DNA from: an uncultured Candidatus Saccharibacteria bacterium
GTDB taxonomy: Bacteria > Patescibacteriota > UBA1384 > UBA12157 > JAENIV01
NCBI GenBank assembly: GCA_964479405.1
Contig: CAYZMA010000002.1
Location: forward strand, 1 to 58,129
Reading direction: 5' to 3'
Length of the DNA stretch: 58,129 nucleotides
In this document: one piece after another, positions 52,916 to 58,129 of the stretch
Numbering within the stretch: the stretch's first letter is position 1
Layout of the letters: every line of letters begins with the position of its first letter
Notes under the pieces: generated by a model
Database searches by the model: none
The model's input: the letters and a program-made list of their open reading frames with translations, nothing else
What the model was told of the DNA's origin: nothing
Program-made: the position numbers and the translations under genes

Positions 52916-54106
52916 ATTTTCTTCCAAAACTCTATAAAAATTGTCATCAGAGAATTGTCTGATTGCCAGTTGACGAGCATTTTGGGAGAATTTTTTTAAT
53001 TTTTGAGGGTTCTGATAAAGTTCTAAAATTGCCTTGGCAAGCATTTGACTATCACCCGGAGCCACAACAATCCCAACTTGATTTTTTTCAATCAATTCTT
53101 TAAGATTTTTACCGGCGCAGGCGACAATTGGCTTACCGCAACCAAGGTATTCCGAAGTTTTGGTCGGTAAAGCATTGTCGGAAAAGAATTTGTTTTTGGA
53201 AAGCGAAATAATGCCTAAATCGGCCGCATTAATCAGTTCAACAATTTTTTCCGTTGGCTGGCTGTTGATAAAAGACATATTTTTTAGTTTGGCATTTTCG
53301 GCGGCAGTAATAAGGTTACCTTTGTCCTCACCCTCGCCAACCATTAATATCTTTATTTTTGGGTATTTTTTTAAAATTGATGCTGCTTCAATCACAGTTT
53401 TAAGATTTTGAACTTGAGTCAGAGAGCCAACATAAATAATGATAAAATCTTGGGGAAGAAGACCAAGTTTTTGCCGATTTATTTTTATAGGTTTAAAAAT
53501 ATTGGTATTAACCGTATTAAGGAGGGCCACAACTTTATTTTGGGGTGTACCCATTTCAATAATTGTTTGGCGGATTTCTTCGGTAGCGCAAAAGATTTTA
53601 TTGGCGCGAAGATAATAGTATTTTTCTAAATTTTTAAGAATTTTTTTGATCAAACCATTACTTTTATAACCCAGTTCAAAAGCGGAATCTGGCCAAAGGT
53701 CGCGGACATCAAAAATAAATTTACCTCCGCCTATTCGCCGGGCAAAAAGACCGGCTAGTCCGGAGAAAAAATTGGGTGAAGAGACAATAACTAAGTCAAA
53801 AGTGGGCATAAAAAGAACAGCGACGCAACATGAAAAAACAAACATCAAATGATTAAAGGTTCTTTTAATAAAACCCATATTTGGGGTAGGAAAATCCCAA
53901 ACGCGAAAAATTTTAACATTATTTTCAAAAGATTTGACCCACAATTGACCACGATATTCTTTAGGTAATATACCGGTGGGATACGAGGGTAGACTAGTTA
54001 AAACCGTGACATTATGTTTTTTAGCTAAAAATTCAGCCATTCTAACCATTCGTTTAACTGGCGATTTAATTGGCTGATACCAATGGCTAATGAGAAGTAT
54101 TTTCAT
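52907..54106 (-). CDS. GT4 glycosyltransferase of the WbuB/WcaI-like type (candidate L-6-deoxy-HexNAc transferase)
   Basis: MKILLISHWYQP..LTSLPSYPTG N-terminus and LPTKTSEYLGCGKPIVACAG..VGIVVAPGD. ATGA overlap with the upstream small membrane protein gene. Confidence 0.65.
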   Translation of the reverse strand: MKILLISHWYQPIKSPVKRMVRMAEFLAKKHNVTVLTSLPSYPTGILPKEYRGQLWVKSFENNVKIFRVWDFPTPNMGFIKRTFNHLMFVFSCCVAVLFMPTFDLVIVSSPNFFSGLAGLFARRIGGGKFIFDVRDLWPDSAFELGYKSNGLIKKILKNLEKYYYLRANKIFCATEEIRQTIIEMGTPQNKVVALLNTVNTNIFKPIKINRQKLGLLPQDFIIIYVGSLTQVQNLKTVIEAASILKKYPKIKILMVGEGEDKGNLITAAENAKLKNMSFINSQPTEKIVELINAADLGIISLSKNKFFSDNALPTKTSEYLGCGKPIVACAGKNLKELIEKNQVGIVVAPGDSQMLAKAILELYQNPQKLKKFSQNARQLAIRQFSDDNFYRVLEENLL

Positions 54107-54456
54107 TTTCTTTTCTTAACATTCTTTAAGGCCAAAGCTCTTACAAGTCTGGTGATTTCTTTTTCTTGTTCATTACTTTTGACATAAAGACGATAAGTGG
54201 CGTAAAAAAGAGCAACAATACTTAAGAAAAACATGGCATCATTGCCCCTCTCCATGCCGAGCATTTTAGCTAAAAAGTTTGTTTTACCGGGGATAAAAAC
54301 TAAAAGAATCATCAATGCCCAAACAAACGACCAAAAAATTAACTCTTTGTAATTTAAATCTTTACTTCTAAATCTAATTAAAACTCGCGACCAAGCAAAA
54401 ATGGCAAATAGGGTAAAGATAATTTTTATTAGAGCTAAACCGCCAAAAATATGCAT
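54103..54456 (-). CDS. Small 3-4-TM membrane protein, DUF2304-like from memory, with a basic C-terminal helix
   Basis: 117 aa. MLGMERGNDAMFFLSIVALFYATYRLYVK..EITRLVRALAL resembles the G-RG-D...RL..R.LA pattern that I recall for DUF2304 proteins paired with GT2 genes. Confidence 0.5.
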   Translation of the reverse strand: MHIFGGLALIKIIFTLFAIFAWSRVLIRFRSKDLNYKELIFWSFVWALMILLVFIPGKTNFLAKMLGMERGNDAMFFLSIVALFYATYRLYVKSNEQEKEITRLVRALALKNVKKRK

Positions 54457-54468
54457 GAAATAAAATTT

Positions 54469-54580
54469 CCAATTATTCTAATTAATCTAATTGACCTAAT
54501 AAACTTCTAATTTCTAAAATTATTTTTGGATATTTTAACATTAGATATTAGGATTTGATTAGAATAATTAGGTTAATTGG
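54469..54580. repeat. AT-rich inverted arrays of 9-bp ctaatta-type units, the same family as the outer arms at 2471..2620
   Basis: Left arm ccaattattctaattaatctaattgacctaat. Right arm attagaataattaggttaattgg. The reverse complement of the right arm, ccaattaacctaattattctaat, shares the same units with the left arm. It lies in a 204-bp gap inside a minus-strand gene string. Confidence 0.7.
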
Positions 54581-54660
54581 GATTTGGGAATTTATTGTTT
54601 ACTTACTAAAAAATCTTCTATATTTCGGAATATTGAAATTCCGCGACGATTTTTTAAAAT

Positions 54661-55347
54661 TCACTTTGAAAAAAATCGTCTATATATTAACTTAGATATT
54701 ATTCTGAAACCATTAATGTTTTTTTGCCCTTTTCCCAAAGAGTATTTAGTATAAATGCTAGTGATGGGCACTTCAAGTAATTTTAAATTGTTTCGGTTAA
54801 TTTCATAGAAAAATTCAGAAGAAACCTCCATTTTGTTTGACTGAAGGTCAATTAGGTCAATGGCTTTGCGATTGAACGCGCGGAGACCCGATTGCGAATC
54901 AGTCGTCCACACCCAAAAGAAAAAGAAGGTAATTAAGTTTAGACCCCAAATACCAATAATTCTGTACCAAGGCATGCCGTCGGTTTTTTTTAGGCGCGAG
55001 CCAATAACAACATCGGCTTTTTTTTGAGTTAGAGGTTTTAAAACCGGCCAAATATCTTCCTGATTGTGTTGACCGTCGGCATCAAAAGTTAGAAGCAAGT
55101 CAAAATTATTTCTTCTGATGTATTCAAAACCGGTCCCTAAGGCGCCACCTAAACCGCGATTAAGATCGTGCTCAATGACAATTACTTTTAATTTTTGGGC
55201 AATTTCAACTGTTTTGTCTTTTGAGCCGTCGGAAATAACAATAATTTGCGTTTGACTAATTTTAGGAAAGCGACGGGGGATTGATTTAATAACTTTTGCT
55301 AAAGTTTTTTCTTCATTGTAAGCCGGAATAAGAATTGCCAGTTTCAT
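54661..55347 (-). CDS. Short soluble-type GT2 (DPM1/PpgS/dolichyl-phosphate-glycosyltransferase-like polyprenyl-phosphate sugar synthase candidate)
   Basis: LAILIPAYNEE, IIVISDGSKD, LTFDADGQHN. The ATG at 55347 is preferred over the upstream in-frame ATG at 55395. Confidence 0.8.
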   Translation of the reverse strand: MKLAILIPAYNEEKTLAKVIKSIPRRFPKISQTQIIVISDGSKDKTVEIAQKLKVIVIEHDLNRGLGGALGTGFEYIRRNNFDLLLTFDADGQHNQEDIWPVLKPLTQKKADVVIGSRLKKTDGMPWYRIIGIWGLNLITFFFFWVWTTDSQSGLRAFNRKAIDLIDLQSNKMEVSSEFFYEINRNNLKLLEVPITSIYTKYSLGKGQKNINGFRIISKLIYRRFFSK

Positions 55348-55413
55348 GGTGTTTTTAATATATGATATAAAAAAATAAAATGACAGTTTCGTCAAGGGTA
55401 TGGATAGTGAGAC

Positions 55414-55429
55414 TAAAATTTGCTAAAAT
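55414..55429 (+). promoter_or_regulatory. Extended -10 promoter candidate (tTGcTAAAAT) for the tRNA-Ser gene
   Basis: taaaatttgctaaaat ends 10 nt before the tRNA 5' end. It shares 15 of 16 positions with 1412..1427. Confidence 0.45.
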
Positions 55430-55439
55430 GTGTTTGTAT

Positions 55440-55526
55440 GGAAGGGTCGCATAGCGGACTAGTGCGCCTGTCTTGAAAACAGGTGATCATGCAAGTGATC
55501 CGTGAGTTCGAATCTCACCCCTTCCG
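55440..55526 (+). tRNA. tRNA-Ser: tRNA-Ser (anticodon UGA), no encoded CCA
   Basis: Acceptor ggaaggg/cccttcc. Anticodon stem cctgt/acagg with loop cTTGAaa. Long variable arm gatca..tgatc. T-arm gtgag-ttcgaat-ctcac. Discriminator g. Confidence 0.9.
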
Positions 55527-55650
55527 TATATTTTGGGTATGTTTTATAAATAGTAATTTTTAGGCTTAGCAAGGGATAATTTCATAACTTGATATTCCAA
55601 TTTGGAACATCAAGATGGAGAGGAACTAGAAAAAACCTAGGAGTTAAATT

Positions 55651-57324
55651 ATGACAAATAATCAAGATTGGGAAAATTTAAACGAACAAGAACTTATTGA
55701 AATTCTCAAAAATGGTAAAATTAATGAAAAAAATATTGATGAATTTATGAAAGTCTTGGAGAAAAAAGGAATGAACGGTTCAATTATGCGTGTTGATAAC
55801 TTAGCACCAGAAGAAGAAAAGGCATTGAAGGAATATCTTGATTATCATAAAAATATACCAAAGAATCCGCAAAGTCCAAAAGAAATTTCTCAGGCGATAA
55901 AAGTTTTATCAGATTCTGTGGCTAGTTTAGAAAGTCTTAAAAAGGCGATTATTACTTTAGCTCATACTGGTAAGCTTGATGCTTATGAAGCGCTTGAAAA
56001 TTATGCTCAAAATCCTCGTAAGGAACTTTCAATCTGGCTTCAACAGGCTCTTCAGGAATGTAAAATGTTTTTAAAAAGCGATCTTTTGGATCGACCAGTA
56101 GTTGAAAAAGGAGACATAGAATCTGTTAGTTTGGGTAATGAAGTTTTAGCCAATGATTTTTTTCAGGATTTTTTGACTTTCTTAAAATCTTTGAAAGAAC
56201 ATCCTCTAGAGCTGACGGTAAATAATAACTTACAACTCAAAGAAATTGAAAAGTTGGGTAAGATTTTCAAGACTGATATTTACCACCGTTCAGAAAAAGG
56301 CGAGGTTCTTTTTCCTATAAGAAGCGAAGAGGAGGTATTTCATCTCCAATTTATTCGAGTTTTGGGAAAAATTATGAAACTCTCTACTCAACGTAAAAAT
56401 AAGTTAAAAATTACTCGTTTTGGGCTCAAGTTTTTAGAATTTTCGCCATTTGAACAATTTGTTGATATTATACTTAATTATTTAGGGGAATACAATTGGG
56501 CTTATTTAAGGTCTTATGCTGGACACAATTCAAAGTCAATCCCCGAAGTTCTACAAAAAAATCAAGGGTTGATTTACTCAAGGTTAATGTTTGAAAAAGA
56601 CTGGTTAGATTTTAAAAATTTTGCCAAGTTTTTAAAAAAAGAACTAGCTTTAACTTGGGATTATATTGATGGTGAAATTGAGACTTTGTTAGTTAAAGAT
56701 TTAGCGCGCTTTGGGCTTATTGAATACGAAGAAAAGAAAAAATTAAAGGGTTATTTTGAAGAAGTTTCGAAATTTCGTTTGACAAAGTTGGGAAGATTAA
56801 TTATCCCGATGTATTTAGAAACCTACAATCCGCCCGTTGCACTTCCTAAGGGCAAAAATATTAATGTGGTTTTGCCGACGATTAAACTAAAATATCTTGA
56901 TAAAGGAAAGAATGTTCCTAAACGTCCAGATGCTCGCTGTCACTTTTGTGACAAAACTAATATTGTTATTGGTGCTTATTTAGATACTTATACTAATAGT
57001 CCAAAAGTTGTTTGTGAGGATTGTGCGATTGATAATTATCAAAAAGATTTTGGCTATAAAACGCGTGAAATTGCGATGGCTCGTCGCCGTCGGATGTTTG
57101 ATGTGACTTATTTATTTTTTGAGATGGTTCTAGACCAATATTTAGCTCAAAATAAAATGCCTTTTATTGAAAATATAAATGAAGTAGAATATGATCGTTT
57201 AATGAACTTGTCTCGAGAAGTATTTAACGCATCTCTTAGCCGGCAAGAGAAAATTGAGCTTGAGGAAACTTACAATCAGTCGGAAATAGAAGAAAGACTT
57301 AGAGAATTGCTTAAAAATATCTAA
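55651..57324 (+). CDS. Hypothetical protein with a C-terminal CxxC..CxxC zinc-ribbon-like motif
   Basis: 557-aa ORF with an AGGAG SD. RCHFCDK-x22-CEDCA. No recognisable enzymatic motif. Confidence 0.6.
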   Translation: MTNNQDWENLNEQELIEILKNGKINEKNIDEFMKVLEKKGMNGSIMRVDNLAPEEEKALKEYLDYHKNIPKNPQSPKEISQAIKVLSDSVASLESLKKAIITLAHTGKLDAYEALENYAQNPRKELSIWLQQALQECKMFLKSDLLDRPVVEKGDIESVSLGNEVLANDFFQDFLTFLKSLKEHPLELTVNNNLQLKEIEKLGKIFKTDIYHRSEKGEVLFPIRSEEEVFHLQFIRVLGKIMKLSTQRKNKLKITRFGLKFLEFSPFEQFVDIILNYLGEYNWAYLRSYAGHNSKSIPEVLQKNQGLIYSRLMFEKDWLDFKNFAKFLKKELALTWDYIDGEIETLLVKDLARFGLIEYEEKKKLKGYFEEVSKFRLTKLGRLIIPMYLETYNPPVALPKGKNINVVLPTIKLKYLDKGKNVPKRPDARCHFCDKTNIVIGAYLDTYTNSPKVVCEDCAIDNYQKDFGYKTREIAMARRRRMFDVTYLFFEMVLDQYLAQNKMPFIENINEVEYDRLMNLSREVFNASLSRQEKIELEETYNQSEIEERLRELLKNI

Positions 57325-57325
57325 G

Positions 57326-57829
57326 ATGAAAGATTTAATTGTTCAAGAAATAATTGAGCAAAAGATTTATTTAATTCGGGGTCAAAAAGTGATGCTGGAC
57401 CACGATTTAGCTGTGCTTTATGAAGTACCGACAAAACGATTAAATGAGCAGGTTAAAAGAAATAAGAAAAGATTTCCTAATGATTTTATGTTTTTGCTAA
57501 CTTGGGATGAAACAATAGGTTTAAGGTCGCAATTTGCGACCTTAAAGGATAAAGAACATAAAAAATATCGTCCTTATGCTTTTACAGAACCGGGGGTGGC
57601 GATGCTCTCAAGTGTTCTTAATTCTGATAGAGCAATCCAAGTCAATATTCAAATTATTAGAACATTTATCAAACTAAGAAAACTTTTGGCAACCCACCAA
57701 GATTTACTAAAGAAAATTGAAGAAATGGAAAAAAGATATGACAAACAATTTAGAATTGTTTTCCAGATAATGCGAGGACTAACTGATTCGCCCAAAGAAT
57801 CGGGCAAAAAAATTGGTTTCCAACCGTAA
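57326..57829 (+). CDS. ORF6N-domain (KilA-N-related) DNA-binding protein
   Basis: IYLIRGQKVMLDHDLAVLYEVPTKRLNEQVKRNKKRFPNDFMFLLT..RSQFATL..YRPYAFTEPGVAMLSSVLNSDRAIQVNIQIIRTF is the classic ORF6N pattern. A 1-nt gap separates it from the upstream gene. Confidence 0.85.
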   Translation: MKDLIVQEIIEQKIYLIRGQKVMLDHDLAVLYEVPTKRLNEQVKRNKKRFPNDFMFLLTWDETIGLRSQFATLKDKEHKKYRPYAFTEPGVAMLSSVLNSDRAIQVNIQIIRTFIKLRKLLATHQDLLKKIEEMEKRYDKQFRIVFQIMRGLTDSPKESGKKIGFQP

Positions 57830-57874
57830 CTTTACTGGTCAAAAAGGGAAAAAAGGGATATACTTAAAATACGG

Positions 57875-57965
57875 GGAGAGGTCGCATAGTTGGCTTAGTG
57901 CAGCTTCCTGCTAAGAAGCTGACCTCGCAAGGGGTCCGTGGGTTCGAATCCCACCCTCTCCGCCA
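57875..57965 (+). tRNA. tRNA-Ser: tRNA-Ser (anticodon GCU), with encoded CCA
   Basis: Acceptor ggagagg/cctctcc. Anticodon stem gcttc/gaagc with loop ctGCTaa. Long variable arm. T-arm gtggg-ttcgaat-cccac. Discriminator g followed by cca. Confidence 0.9.
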
Positions 57966-58129
57966 ATTTTCACTTTTTGTGAAATCGTAAGAAACAGCCT
58001 CGGCGCAAAGCGCCTCGGCATGGTATTTTTCCGCAATTTTGAAGGCATTTTTGAAATCGCACGCCAGCGTGCGGTCGGCAATGCGGAAGTTCGAACCAAT
58101 CTTTTTGAGAAAATCCCGAATCCGTTCGG

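Noticed and set aside
54457-54660. Hidden small gene or sRNA in the 204-bp gap between the GT2 and the small membrane protein genes. It includes the hairpin cggaat-attgaa-attccg followed by a T-run on the + strand.
   Set aside because: There is no convincing ORF with a start context. The hairpin and T-run are on the strand opposite to the flanking genes. The region is mostly explained by the AT-rich inverted repeat arrays. I leave it as repeat DNA.
177-55347. Whole locus as a recently acquired mobile genomic island.
   Set aside because: I recognise no integrase, transposase, conjugation genes or flanking direct repeats. The GC differences between the enzyme genes and the membrane or GT genes are of the kind expected from amino-acid composition. 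Only the extreme right edge after tRNA-Ser(GCU) shows a real compositional break.
57911-58099. A 62-aa minus-strand ORF with a TTG start.
   Set aside because: It overlaps the 3' half of tRNA-Ser(GCU), is arginine-rich and is not protein-like. A different frame of the same region looks more coding-like (see the finding at 57966..58129).

Overview
This is an AT-rich window (about 30% GC by eye) that is very gene-dense and mostly transcribed on the + strand. It uses the standard genetic code: TGA acts as a stop in many ATGA or TAATG start/stop overlaps.

Almost the whole window (177..55347) is one contiguous, mosaic cell-surface glycan biosynthesis and export megalocus. I recognise these parts:
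- A WbpB/WbpD/WbpE-like trio for a 2,3-diacetamido uronic acid. Its 6-dehydrogenase and 2-epimerase lie 37 kb away.
- A WbpP-like 4-epimerase, a TviB/WbpO-like dehydrogenase and an AsnB/WbpS-like amidotransferase.
- An FnlA/WbvB-type dehydratase, an RmlD-type reductase and an FnlC-type 2-epimerase, which together form a route to an L-6-deoxy-HexNAc.
- A cryptic amino-sugar module containing an ATP-grasp ligase and a metallophosphoesterase.
- Five SAM methyltransferases and an acyltransferase-3 protein.
- Twelve GT-A or GT-B glycosyltransferase genes, two of them two-domain fusions.
- Two Wzx-like flippases, plus a Wzm/Wzt ABC exporter whose Wzt has a C-terminal glycan-binding-type extension.
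- Two polyprenyl-phosphate-sugar-synthase-like GT2 genes, plus a fragment of a third.
- Four very large polytopic membrane proteins. Three are tandem paralogues at 46285..52915 and one is a divergent copy at 17003..19045. I cannot assign them to a named family, and they look GT-C-like.

I did not recognise an initiating phosphoglycosyltransferase, a Wzy, a WaaL, a chain-length regulator, or any transposase or integrase.

The last 2.7 kb contains tRNA-Ser(UGA), a 557-aa zinc-ribbon hypothetical protein, an ORF6N-domain protein and tRNA-Ser(GCU). An abrupt rise in GC follows. Intergenic DNA carries recurring palindromic and short-period repeat families.

The overall style suggests a CPR/Patescibacteria-like genome: low GC, an ORF6N protein, and tgtcattgcgag-type palindromes. 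This is inference only. All functional calls come from motif reading and memory of families, and no searches were run.
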